Source: Candidatus Staskawiczbacteria bacterium RIFOXYB1_FULL_38_37 (GTDB taxonomy: Bacteria > Patescibacteriota > Minisyncoccia > Minisyncoccales > Staskawiczbacteraceae). Taken from it: DNA of 64,000 bases. The DNA is taken from contig MHPK01000001.1 of the NCBI GenBank assembly GCA_001822075.1, positions 22,757-86,756 on the forward strand, given 5' to 3'. The notes under the pieces were generated by a model. The model made no database searches and was not told the origin of the DNA. It saw only the letters and a list, made by a program, of their open reading frames with translations. Position 1 is the stretch's first letter; each line of letters begins with the position of its first letter. The position numbers were made by a program, and so were the translations under genes. Below are positions 8,949 through 18,900 of the stretch, in pieces.

Positions 8949-10952
8949 ATGATGTCTAAAAAGTTACCGAGTTTCTCGCAATGGAAACAAATTTTTAAAA
9001 TACTGAAAAAAACTGAAAAAAGGGTTTTAATTGCCTTTATAATTTTGGCCATTGCCTCTTTTGCATGGCTTGCTGTTAGTTTTTATATTAACGCAACAAA
9101 ATCTGTTCCAACTTACGGCGGAACTTACACAGAAGGAATTGTGGGCCAGCCAAGATTTATAAATCCAATTTACGGAGAGACAAATGATGTAGACCGAACT
9201 CTTATCGGCCTTATTTACTCTGGCATAATGACTTATGACAAAGATGGAAATATCGCGCCAGACCTTGTAGAAGATTATCATATTTCAGAAGATGGAAGGA
9301 CATATACTTTTCAACTAAAAGACAATCTTTTTTGGCAGGACGGGGTTCCCCTCGCCATTGATGACATAATTTTTACAATAAAAACAATCCAGAACTCAGA
9401 TTACAAAAGTCCTTTAAGGGCTAACTGGCTTGATGTGGGCATAGAAAAAGTGTCAGACAAGACTTTTGTGATATTTTTGCAAAGCCCGTATAATTCTTTT
9501 TTGGAAAATTGCGCTTTAAAAATAATTCCAAAGCATATTTGGGAAAACATAGTGCCAGAGAACTTTACTCTTTCTTCATATAATTTACAGCCAATAGGCT
9601 CTGGCCCTTATATGATTTCAGATGTCAAACAGGCAAAAAACGGCTCTGTAAAAAGCATACTGTTAAAAGCCAACCGCAGATATTACAGCAAACTCCCTTA
9701 TATTTCTGAGCTGTCTTTCCAATTTTTTAACACAAAGGAAGAATTGGCGAAGGCGGCTAACCAAAAAACCATAGACGGATTTTCCCTTGCGGCTTTTGAC
9801 AATGACCAAACATTGGCCGAAAAAGAAATTCATCAGGGTTGGTCTGATTCAGAAAAATTTAATTTTTATTCATTTTTGCTGCCAAGGTATTTCGCCGTAT
9901 TTTTCAATCCCCAAAAATTCAAATCTTTTGAAGACCCGAATCTGACAATAGCCCTGAATTATTCTGTGAACAAAGCTGAAATTATAAATAACATAAAATC
10001 TTCTTCAAAAAACAATGTTTTTCTTGTAAATTCCCCCATTTTACCGCAATACTTTGGATATTCAGAGCCAGAAAAAGTTTATGAATACAATTTAGATTTA
10101 GCAAAAGAACTTTTAGACAAAGCCGGATTTAAAGAACAGAACGGAAGTCTAAGGGCAAAAGAAAACAATAAAGAGCCTGCTTTTAAATACAAAAGCTACC
10201 TGAAAATCGGCTCAAAAGGAAACGAAGTCACAGAGCTCCAGGGGTGCCTGTCAAGATTAGACAGTTCCTTTGAAAATATTTTGAAAGGAGAAACCAGCGG
10301 AACTTATGGAAAAGGCACAGAAGAAGCTGTAACAGAGTTTCAAAAAAAATATCTTCCAGACGAAAAACCAACCGGAGAAACAGGCCCCGCAACCCGCAAA
10401 AAACTTAACGAACTCTGCCCTATTCCGCAAGAAAATTTGCAGCTCTTAAAATTTACTATTACCACCATAAACCAGCCTCAAACGGCAAAAGTGGCTGAAC
10501 TCTTAAAAGATTACTGGCAAAAAATAGGGGCTGAAATAGAAATTAAAACTGCAGACCTTTCAGAATTAAAATCAATAATAAAAAACAGGGATTACGACGC
10601 CCTGCTCTACGGACAGGCCTTGGGATTAAAACCCGACCTTTATCCTTTTTGGCATTCATCGCAAACAATTGACCCGGGGCTTAATCTTGCAGGATACAAA
10701 AATAAAGATGCCGACCAGCTTTTAAAAACAGCCAGAGAAACTTTGGATATGTCAGAAAAAGCTCTAAAATATGAACAGCTGCAAAATATAATTATAAAAG
10801 ATGCTCCTGCAGTATTTTTATACAACCCAGGCTACATTTATTGGGCCTCCAAAAAAGTAAAGGGAATTGATACAATAAAAATAGTTGACCCTGCAAAACG
10901 TTTTGTAAATATAGAGAATTGGTATATAAATACTAAAAGAGTATTAAAATAA
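8949..10952 (+). CDS. Membrane-anchored family-5 (peptide/nickel type) solute-binding protein with an inserted peptidoglycan-binding domain
   Basis: N-terminal TM helix and SBP_bac_5-like motifs (GTYTEGIVGQPRFINP, RANWLD, NPGYIYW). An internal PG_binding_1-like segment reads GSKGNEVTELQGCL...GTYGKGTEEAVTEFQKKY...GETGPATRKKLNELC. Confidence 0.65.
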   Translation: MMSKKLPSFSQWKQIFKILKKTEKRVLIAFIILAIASFAWLAVSFYINATKSVPTYGGTYTEGIVGQPRFINPIYGETNDVDRTLIGLIYSGIMTYDKDGNIAPDLVEDYHISEDGRTYTFQLKDNLFWQDGVPLAIDDIIFTIKTIQNSDYKSPLRANWLDVGIEKVSDKTFVIFLQSPYNSFLENCALKIIPKHIWENIVPENFTLSSYNLQPIGSGPYMISDVKQAKNGSVKSILLKANRRYYSKLPYISELSFQFFNTKEELAKAANQKTIDGFSLAAFDNDQTLAEKEIHQGWSDSEKFNFYSFLLPRYFAVFFNPQKFKSFEDPNLTIALNYSVNKAEIINNIKSSSKNNVFLVNSPILPQYFGYSEPEKVYEYNLDLAKELLDKAGFKEQNGSLRAKENNKEPAFKYKSYLKIGSKGNEVTELQGCLSRLDSSFENILKGETSGTYGKGTEEAVTEFQKKYLPDEKPTGETGPATRKKLNELCPIPQENLQLLKFTITTINQPQTAKVAELLKDYWQKIGAEIEIKTADLSELKSIIKNRDYDALLYGQALGLKPDLYPFWHSSQTIDPGLNLAGYKNKDADQLLKTARETLDMSEKALKYEQLQNIIIKDAPAVFLYNPGYIYWASKKVKGIDTIKIVDPAKRFVNIENWYINTKRVLK

Positions 10953-11605
10953 TGGAATTTGATTTAACAAAATTAACTCCTGATGTTCGCAAATTAAGCG
11001 ACATGAAAAATGTTATTTATGACAAAAAATGGCTTAAGACAGCCGATAATGTTGAATTATATTATATGTACCGGGGATTGGAAGAAATGGACGGATTAAG
11101 ATATGATGTTACATTAATTCCGGCAAAAATGCTTGGCTCAGAATTTGTTAAAACAAAGGGCCACTATCATATAGGCGATTGGCAGGAAATTTATACGGTT
11201 ATAAAAGGCCAAGCCATATATTTAATGCAAAAGAAAAACAATAAAGAAAAAATCAAAGACGTTTATTTTGTAAAAGCCAAAAAAGGAGAATCAATAATAA
11301 TTCCTTCGGGCTACGGGCATGTCACAATAAACCCGTCAGAAACCCAAGAATTAAAAATAGGCAACTGGATTTCAGAAGATTGCGAAAGCGACTATTCTGA
11401 TTTTGAAAGACTTCAGGGAGCATGCTATTACTATGCTAAAAAGGGCCCCGCCTCCGCTAAGGCTTCCGCCTCCGATGAATCTTCGGCGGGACAAGTCGGC
11501 GAGGCAAAGTGGATAAAAAATGAAAATTACAAAGATATCCCTCCTCTGCGGGAAGAAAAACCTTTAAAATCTATACCTCAAAATTTAGATTTTTTAAGGC
11601 AATAA
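10952..11605 (+). CDS. Cupin-type (archaeal-type) glucose-6-phosphate isomerase-like protein
   Basis: Cupin metal motif TKGHYH...E(I)Y...G...PSGYGHVTINP resembles cPGI. The C-terminal part carries a GC-rich in-frame insertion. Confidence 0.55.
   Translation: MEFDLTKLTPDVRKLSDMKNVIYDKKWLKTADNVELYYMYRGLEEMDGLRYDVTLIPAKMLGSEFVKTKGHYHIGDWQEIYTVIKGQAIYLMQKKNNKEKIKDVYFVKAKKGESIIIPSGYGHVTINPSETQELKIGNWISEDCESDYSDFERLQGACYYYAKKGPASAKASASDESSAGQVGEAKWIKNENYKDIPPLREEKPLKSIPQNLDFLRQ
11444..11505 (+). repeat. GC-rich element in frame in the PGI-like gene
   Basis: ggccccgcctccgctaaggcttccgcctccgatgaatcttcggcgggacaagtcggcgaggc translates as GPASAKASASDESSAGQVGEA. It is homologous to the ruvA element at 45877-45911 (reverse complement). 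Confidence 0.8.
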
Positions 11606-11611
11606 AATAAA

Positions 11612-11694
11612 GCGGGTATGGCGGAACAGCAGACGCGCTAGCTTCAGGAGCTAGTGGGAGTAATCCTGTGGAGGTGCAAATCCTCCTACCCGCA
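11612..11694 (+). tRNA. tRNA-Leu (anticodon CAG), class II with long variable arm
   Basis: Hand fold gives a 7-bp acceptor GCGGGTA/TACCCGC and an anticodon stem CTAGC/GCTAG with loop TTCAGGA. The T arm is GGAGG/CCTCC and the discriminator is A. No CCA is encoded. Confidence 0.85.
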
Positions 11695-11717
11695 CAACTA
11701 AAAATTCTAATATAATT

Positions 11718-13424
11718 ATGATAAAAACAAACAGCGGTTATCAAAAAGATAATCCAAAAAATAATTTACGGATAATCCCTCTCGGAGGGTGCGAAGAAGT
11801 TGGAAGAAATATGACTGTTTTTGAATATGGAAACGATATTGTAATTTTGGATATGGGCCTGCAATTTCCGGAAGAAGATATGCCCGGAATTGATTATGTA
11901 ATTCCAAACATCGCTTATTTAAAAGGAAAAGAAAAAAATATCCGCGGAGTTATATTTTCCCACGGGCACTTAGACCACATTGGAGCAGCTCCAATACTTT
12001 TACAAAAATTAGGCAACCCCCAAATAATCGGCAGGCCCCTTACTTTGGAAATGGTAAAACACCGCGTAGAAGACACTTACAGGGGATCTGCAAAAAAATT
12101 AAAAACAATTTATATAAAAGATATCCAGCAAAAAATTCAGCTTGGCGCTTTTACTTTAAAATTTTTCCGAATTGACCACACAATTATGGACGCTGTCGGC
12201 ATAATTTTAGAAACTCCTGTAGCAACAGTAATACATCCTGGCGACTGGACAATAGAAAAAAATCCAATTGGAAGAAAAACCATAGATTATACACATTTAT
12301 CTAGACTGCCAAGACCAACAATTTTAATGCTTGAAGCTCTTGGATCGACAAACTCAAAAGAACCCGTTACAGAAGAAGAAATGTTAAAAAATCTTTATTC
12401 GCTTATGGAAAAAGCTCCGGGCCGGACAATTATTGCCACATTTTCCTCGCAGATTGAAAGAATAAAACAAATAATGGAATTTGCCACAAGAACAAACAGA
12501 AAAGTTGCCTTAGACGGTTTTTCAATGAAATTAAATATTGAGCTTGCAACAAAATTAGGTTATATAAAAATTCCTAAAGGAGTGATAATCACAACAGACA
12601 AGGCCCACAATTATCCTGACAATAAAATGATAATTGTCTGCACTGGAGCGCAAGGAGAAGAAATGGCTGCATTGCCAAGAATTGTTGCTGGGAATCACAA
12701 ACACATAAAAATTAAAAAAGAAGATACAGTAATTTTCTCTTCTTCTGTAATTCCCGGAAACGAACGAACTGTCCAAAGATTAAAAGACAATCTTTACCGC
12801 CAATCTGATTATGTTTACCATTCAGATATTATTGATGTGCATATGTCAGGACACGGAAACATTGAAGGCATAAAACAAATGCTTAGAGAAATCAGTCCTG
12901 ATTATTTCACTCCGGTTTATGGCAACCACTATATGCTTAAAGAAGCAGCTAAAATTGCCAGAGAAATTAATTTTAGAAAAGATAGAATTTTTGTGCCAGA
13001 CAACGGCTCTATAATAAGATTCACCAACCAGTCGGCTGAAATATTAAAAGAAAAAGTTCCTTCTAATTATATTTTTGTCGACGGACTTGGAGTTGGCGAT
13101 GTGGGTGAAATTGTTTTAAGAGACCGCCAAATGCTATCTGAAGACGGAATGTTTGTTATAGTAGCCGTGATAGACAGAAAAACCGGCAGAGTAATGGGTT
13201 CTCCCGACATAATTTCGCGCGGATTTGTTTATCTGAGAGAATCAAAAGATTTATTGTCGCAAACTCGAAAAAAAGTAATTGAAATTGTTGATAAATCAGC
13301 GGGCCACAACGGAGCTGTAAACTGGACTTACGTAAAAGACGAAATCCGCAACAAAGTCGGCGATTTCCTTCACACAAAAACCAGCCGCCGCCCCATGATT
13401 CTCCCCGTCGTCATCGAAGTCTAA
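11718..13424 (+). CDS. rnj: Ribonuclease J (beta-CASP metallo-beta-lactamase)
   Basis: HGHLDH motif, the IIPLGGCEEVGRNMTVFEY start typical of RNase J, and a length of 568 aa. Confidence 0.9.
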   Translation: MIKTNSGYQKDNPKNNLRIIPLGGCEEVGRNMTVFEYGNDIVILDMGLQFPEEDMPGIDYVIPNIAYLKGKEKNIRGVIFSHGHLDHIGAAPILLQKLGNPQIIGRPLTLEMVKHRVEDTYRGSAKKLKTIYIKDIQQKIQLGAFTLKFFRIDHTIMDAVGIILETPVATVIHPGDWTIEKNPIGRKTIDYTHLSRLPRPTILMLEALGSTNSKEPVTEEEMLKNLYSLMEKAPGRTIIATFSSQIERIKQIMEFATRTNRKVALDGFSMKLNIELATKLGYIKIPKGVIITTDKAHNYPDNKMIIVCTGAQGEEMAALPRIVAGNHKHIKIKKEDTVIFSSSVIPGNERTVQRLKDNLYRQSDYVYHSDIIDVHMSGHGNIEGIKQMLREISPDYFTPVYGNHYMLKEAAKIAREINFRKDRIFVPDNGSIIRFTNQSAEILKEKVPSNYIFVDGLGVGDVGEIVLRDRQMLSEDGMFVIVAVIDRKTGRVMGSPDIISRGFVYLRESKDLLSQTRKKVIEIVDKSAGHNGAVNWTYVKDEIRNKVGDFLHTKTSRRPMILPVVIEV

Positions 13425-13436
13425 ATTAAAGAAAAG

Positions 13437-13459
13437 CGGAGTCCCGGACTCCGTTTTTT
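13437..13459 (+). terminator. 17-nt perfect palindrome cggagtcCcggactccg + T-run. Serves as the rnj terminator and as copy 1 of the RAYT-flanking palindrome
   Basis: Lies 13 nt after the rnj stop and 19 nt beyond the RAYT stop. The central base is inverted relative to copies 2 and 3. Confidence 0.75.
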
Positions 13460-13471
13460 ACCGTTTTTTAA

Positions 13472-14182
13472 TTACTCTAATAAAATTGCCTGATGCTGAC
13501 TTAACTTTCTTTTATATTCAATCCAATTCTCAATTGCCTCCTTACATCCAACTACTCCATTCAATGTTTCTGATAAAAATTTCCTTTCTGTAACCGATGG
13601 AAAATTATTTTCACCAATATAATCGCTATAACTCGACCATTTATAATCTTCTAAAAAACTTACCGCCTTATCTAAATTATCAATTCCATTTTCTTTCCAT
13701 CCTGGTTCAATTAAAGATATAGGATTTACATGGATATAATTAAAAATTGTTCTTAATTGATTATCGTCTCCGATAGGAACAGAACGGAATCTATTTTGAA
13801 AAACATAACCTTTGCGTTTATATTTTCTGTTAAAATATCCAGCATAACCCGAACCCGATTTATTCATAAACTTAACTATTCCGCCATTTTTTACCTGCTT
13901 TAACAATAAATGAATGTGATTTGGCATAAAACAAAATGCCAATATATCCACTAGTTTTTCCCTTTTATCAACCACGGAGTCCGGGACTCCGCTGGTTTTT
14001 TCACGCTTCCTTTCCTCCCTTCTTTTTCTAATTTCTATGTGCTTGGCATTATTGAACTCGTAGATAGAAAAAATGCCACGATAATAATCGTTTATATCTT
14101 TAAAAATTAAACTGTCATCTAATCCGCGTATAATAATATGATAAATTTCGTCGTTGGTGAATTGTTCTTTTCTTTGTGGCAT
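13472..14182 (-). CDS. IS200/IS605-like Y1 (HUH) transposase, RAYT-like
   Basis: HUH motif in FCFMPNHIHLLL and a catalytic-Tyr region FNYIHVNPI. The N-terminus MPQRKEQFTNDEIYHIIIRG is typical of COG1943 proteins. No second IS gene (tnpB) is present. Confidence 0.8.
   Translation of the reverse strand: MPQRKEQFTNDEIYHIIIRGLDDSLIFKDINDYYRGIFSIYEFNNAKHIEIRKRREERKREKTSGVPDSVVDKREKLVDILAFCFMPNHIHLLLKQVKNGGIVKFMNKSGSGYAGYFNRKYKRKGYVFQNRFRSVPIGDDNQLRTIFNYIHVNPISLIEPGWKENGIDNLDKAVSFLEDYKWSSYSDYIGENNFPSVTERKFLSETLNGVVGCKEAIENWIEYKRKLSQHQAILLE
13975..13991. repeat. Copy 2 of palindrome cggagtccgggactccg, inside the RAYT ORF (in frame, ...TSGVPDSV...)
   Basis: Exact 17-mer. The extended match caaccacggagtccgggactccgctgg compares with caactgcggagtccgggactccgcttg at 14227-14253. 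Confidence 0.85.
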
Positions 14183-14232
14183 ATTTCTATTATAGCAAAA
14201 AATCATAAAAAGTGGCCAACCACGGTCAACTG

Positions 14233-14249
14233 CGGAGTCCGGGACTCCG
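14233..14249. repeat. Copy 3 of palindrome cggagtccgggactccg, 51 nt upstream of the RAYT start
   Basis: Exact 17-mer read from the sequence. Confidence 0.85.
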
Positions 14250-14414
14250 CTTGCTTCTATTTAATTTGTAAAAAAGAAGCCGGCTGAGATTTCTCGTGAG
14301 AGATTTCTCAATCGGCTTTTTGGTAGGCGCAGAGCAGATGCTTCCCCATCTTTACACTCACCCATGTAGGCGTGAGCTTAAACGAAAAAAGGGTGCTTTA
14401 CTTCTGTTGCGCCA

Positions 14415-14750
14415 TCAGCCTTTATCGTGCACTATCGCGACCTTGACGTGTTCAAACCAACCGTCGTGCATCTTGTGCGAACCAAACAAATCCTCGTCTT
14501 GCCAATTTCCACGGACTTCCATTTCGTCTAAGTCATAAAATCCGCAGAGTTCAACGGCACAAGGACTGCCCAAATCGAAGTGTATTTTTCCAACTCCGAC
14601 TACACGGGCATTACGATTACGAGGGATCATCTGACTCAAACCACGCCAAGTATAGTTACCTGCGAGGCAAAAGAAAACGATTGTGGCAGTCATGACATTT
14701 TCTTCAACCACGATGCCCCTTTTCAACAATTTCAACTCATTCAATCGCAT
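14415..14750 (-). CDS. Hypothetical protein (111 aa) in a GC-enriched islet
   Basis: Preferred over the overlapping plus-strand ORFs for three reasons. Its composition is more protein-like. AAAGGTG lies 5 nt before the ATG, with TTGACA-N17-TATTAT further upstream on the minus strand. A hairpin plus T-run lies downstream (14271-14320). No family was recognised. Confidence 0.45.
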   Translation of the reverse strand: MRLNELKLLKRGIVVEENVMTATIVFFCLAGNYTWRGLSQMIPRNRNARVVGVGKIHFDLGSPCAVELCGFYDLDEMEVRGNWQDEDLFGSHKMHDGWFEHVKVAIVHDKG

Positions 14751-14912
14751 ACAACACCTTTCACGGTTAACGCACCGTTTAAGCGTGCCAACTCTAAGGT
14801 TAGCAAGGGGTTAAGGTACTATATTAATAATACACCCATTATATAATATTGTCAAGTCTTTCCCCTTCCCTGCAATGGTGGTAGAATTAAATAATTAAAA
14901 ATGTAAAATATC

Positions 14913-15893
14913 ATGAGAATATTTTCTGGAATAAGGCCAACAGGCAACATTCATATAGGAAATTATTTGGGAGCCGTAAAACAATGGATTGAACTGCAGG
15001 AAAAAAACGAATGCGTTTTTTGCATAGTTGATATGCATGCGGTCACAACTCCTTACGACCCCAAAGAAATGAAAAAAAATATTTTGGAGGCAGCTTCAAT
15101 TTATTTGGCCGCCGGAGTCAACCCCGACAAATCAATAATTTTTGTCCAGTCAGATGTGAGAGAACATGTGGAACTGGCTTGGCTTTTAGGAGCAATTACT
15201 CCAATGGGCGAACTTTCAAGAATGACCCAATTTAAAGAAAAATCAAAACAGCACAAAGATTATATAAATGCCGGATTATTTAATTATCCTGTGTTAATGG
15301 CAGCTGATATAATGCTTTACAAAACACAGGCGGTTCCTGTAGGTAAAGACCAAGAACAGCATGTTGAGCTGACCAGAACAATTGCCAGAAAATTTAACCA
15401 GAAATTCGGACAAACTTTTCCCGAACCGGAAGCAATTTTGCCAAAGGCGGGAGCTAAAATAATGAGCTTGCAAAACCCTAAAAAGAAAATGTCAAAAACA
15501 GACGAATCAAAAAGCTATATCTCGCTTTTTGACACAGAAGAAGAAATAGAAAAGAAAATAATGTCAGCTACAACCGATTCTGGAAAAGGAGTTATTTATA
15601 ATGTTACAAAAAAACCCGGCATTTCAAACCTTTTGACAATTTACAGTTTGCTAGACGGCAGGACAATCCAGGAAATTGAAAAAGAATTTAAGGGCAAAGG
15701 ATACGGCGACTTTAAAAAATCTCTGGCAAAAGTTTTAATTAATTATTTAGAACCGTTCCGCAGAAAACAAAAAGAGCTTCTTACAAGAGAAGTTTATGTG
15801 CAGGAAATTTTGAACAAAGGAAAATCAAGGGCCGAAGTTATTGCAAAAACAACAATGCAGGAAGTAAAAGAAAAAATGGGCCTGACGTCATAA
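14913..15893 (+). CDS. trpS: Tryptophan--tRNA ligase
   Basis: Class I signatures PTGNIHIGNYLGA (HIGH-like) and KMSKT, with a typical 326-aa TrpRS layout. Confidence 0.95.
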   Translation: MRIFSGIRPTGNIHIGNYLGAVKQWIELQEKNECVFCIVDMHAVTTPYDPKEMKKNILEAASIYLAAGVNPDKSIIFVQSDVREHVELAWLLGAITPMGELSRMTQFKEKSKQHKDYINAGLFNYPVLMAADIMLYKTQAVPVGKDQEQHVELTRTIARKFNQKFGQTFPEPEAILPKAGAKIMSLQNPKKKMSKTDESKSYISLFDTEEEIEKKIMSATTDSGKGVIYNVTKKPGISNLLTIYSLLDGRTIQEIEKEFKGKGYGDFKKSLAKVLINYLEPFRRKQKELLTREVYVQEILNKGKSRAEVIAKTTMQEVKEKMGLTS

Positions 15894-15903
15894 AATTTGC
15901 TTG

Positions 15904-18900
15904 TTATTGCGTCCCCATCTGATTAGCCAGCTGTTCTTGCAAAAGCTGGAGAACTTGCTGCAAAAGAGCCTCTATCTGAGCTTTTAATTGATTAATAAGG
16001 TTTTGTCTTTCTTCTTGGGTCATTTGGCCAGCTTGCTGGGTTTGTTCTTGGGTTTGTGTTTGAACAGGCGCTAATTCAGGCGAACCATAAATTTCGTTTA
16101 GTTTTGCAACTGTTCTCGGGCCCACGGTTCCATAACCATTGGTGTTATACGAACCAGAACACAAGGTAAGATATCTGCATTGGAATCTCTGCACGGCAGC
16201 TTCTGTTATTTTGCCAAAAATACCTGAAACCTTTTTCTCGGGAAATATTGTTTCGTCATTTGACAGCATTTTTTGAAGAGTTTCAACCTCCGGAGTTATT
16301 TTGCCGTAGTATAAACTGCCGTTTAGTTCTAAATATAAAGGTTCCTCGGATGCTTGATTACTGGCAGTTTGGTTAGACGTTTCAGCTGATTCATTTGTTT
16401 CTGCAACAGGAGGCGCGTATGCGCAAGATTGAGAAGTTACAGGGCTTCCTCCATTACAGCCAACAGGTAAAGAACTGGTGACTACTCTTGTCTGAGTGTT
16501 GTTTGGCTGGCATTCTGACCAGTCAGAATAAATAAAAGAAGTACAGGCATCAACGTTTATGTTATTGGTGTATACGCAAGATTGAGAAAGCACGGGCGAG
16601 TCTGCTTTACAACCAGCAGGAAAAGATAAAGTAATCACCCTTTTCTGGGTTTTGTCTTGCTGGCATTCCGACCAGTCAGAGTAATAAATAGATGCGCAGA
16701 CATCGTAAGGCGTGGAGAGGGGCGCGAAAATGCATGACTGAGAAAGCGCGGGGCTTCCTCCTGCACAGCCTGCGGGAGATGATGAGGTAATTGTTCTTGT
16801 CTGGGTGTTGTTTGATTGGCAGGCTGACCAGTCAGAATAAGCAAAGGAGCTGCAAGTAGGTAGCTCTGCTCCTCCGCTAGATAGGGTGGCTGTAATTTGT
16901 TTTGATTGACTTAAAGACACCGTTTCAGAATGCGTATCATAACCTAATTTGCTTATAGTTATAGTGTGCGGTGCGAAGTATGTGTAATTAGAAACAGGAT
17001 TAATTCTTAAGCTGTATCCTTCTCTGTAAAATTGAGTTAATTCTAATTTTACTTTGCCCGAGGAATCTGTTAGAGCTTCAACATGTTCAGCTCCTCCACC
17101 GGTTGCATCAGCAGAAACCAAAGCCCCTGTTATTGGATTATTATTTTGATTAACCACATTAACATTTAAATACCATTTCACAGTATAGCTATAATGATCG
17201 CTTTGATTGCTAAAAAGATAAATATCATCCATGCTTGCTCCATTTGTAAACTGATTATCTGTAAAAACATGATTGTCTGCTGGAAACCCGCAACAATACC
17301 CCATATAAAAAGTATGATATTCCAATGGATTTGCGCCCTTGGAAAAAGTGTTGGAAATATATTGCCCATTATTTCCGATACCATAAGGGTTGGTTATCCA
17401 TGCACCCATATTGTTGCTTTCAAAAAAATTATTGCGAAATAGCCCTGTTTGCGGAGCTGCAGCATAAATTCCAATCGCGCGCGCGCTCGCGTCTGTTGTG
17501 CTTAGATTTACAGAATTTTCATAATATTCATTTTGCCCGCCTGTGCTCAAATGAAAACCCACTAAAACAGGTTTACAAAGCGGGTATTGAGAAAACATAC
17601 TTACTGTTCCAGTTACAGTGTTATTATGGATAACGTTGTTCTGGGTCATATTGGCTGCAACAGTAGTATTATAATCGGTAACGCGGATTGCTGGCGTTGT
17701 GAGACCGGTGGGAAATTCTGTGTCGCACGGCATAGCTTTTAAAACAAATGTGTTATTTGAAACATTACAATTTGTGGTTTTGGTACTGAGGGCAACGCCA
17801 GGGCCGGCATAAGGCTCAAAACGGTTATTCTGCACTGTGATATTGTTTGAATTATACATTATTACACCGTAATGATTGGTGACCGAAGCTCTGATTTTTA
17901 TTGTATTGCTGGTAATTGTTATATTGCTGGAATCTGAAGCGCTTATTCCGCCCTGACCTCCTTCAAAAATATTATTAGCAACAGTGCTGTTAGAGCCGGG
18001 CACGACCGGAAATGTAAACAAATCCATACGATCTATAACATCTGGAGCTTGGTTGGTAAAAACATTATCATGAAGATTATTGTTAGCTGTTGTTGAAATA
18101 AAATTTGAGGAGCTTATTCCTGAAACAAATGACCTTACATTAGCCATCTCAGCTGCGCCTACAGCTCCAAATTTATACATTGCCTTAAATCTGGTTCCGT
18201 TGACCCCTTCTGTAATGGTGCCATTTTTTACAACAAAATTTGCACTTTGGGAAAGAGGGTGGGGCGGAGTAATGCCAACCAAATCTGGCGTGCGAAGAGA
18301 ATCAAAATATCCAGCCATAACAATTCCTGCGTCATAAGCAGGGCGGATAAATGCGTCATCAATGTACGAAGAATTCGTGCCAGACGGGTTTTCAAACATA
18401 ATGCGCAATCGATATTTTCCCTGGGCAACAGGCTTAAATTTAACCCCTACTGTCCCTCCAATGGCCACATTGATTGTATCCATGCTTGCCACAATAGTTC
18501 CAGCTTCATTTTCCACTTTTATATAATGCTTGCATCCGTAACAGCTTTTTATTTGAGCTGATGCAAAATATGTTCTATTGGCAGGAAGCACCGCCCAATC
18601 AGAAATTATTTCCTCTGTAGCTGTGGGGTTATTCAATTTTAAGGTCTGGCTGTCTTTCATGGGCATTTCTGATGTGGAAACTATTCTTGCAGACGGAGCT
18701 CCGCTTAAATTCCAGTATGGAATTGTACTGCCGCTTCCCTGCTCAAAATTGCCATTGGGAATATCTGAATATCCCTGAATTGCCCCAAATTTTATTTCAT
18801 AATTATTAATGTCTAAAGTAACATTCTTGCCGTCAACTATAAAAGCAGTGCCTTCAGAAACAATATTTGTTTGCAGAATATAAGTAGTGTCAGATTGGGA

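Noticed and set aside
14296-14846. Plus-strand ORFs 14296-14538 and 14580-14846
   Set aside because: They are S/C/T/L-rich with no start context. The minus-strand 111-aa ORF has an SD, a promoter-like hexamer pair and a downstream hairpin. Strand assignment remains only moderately confident.
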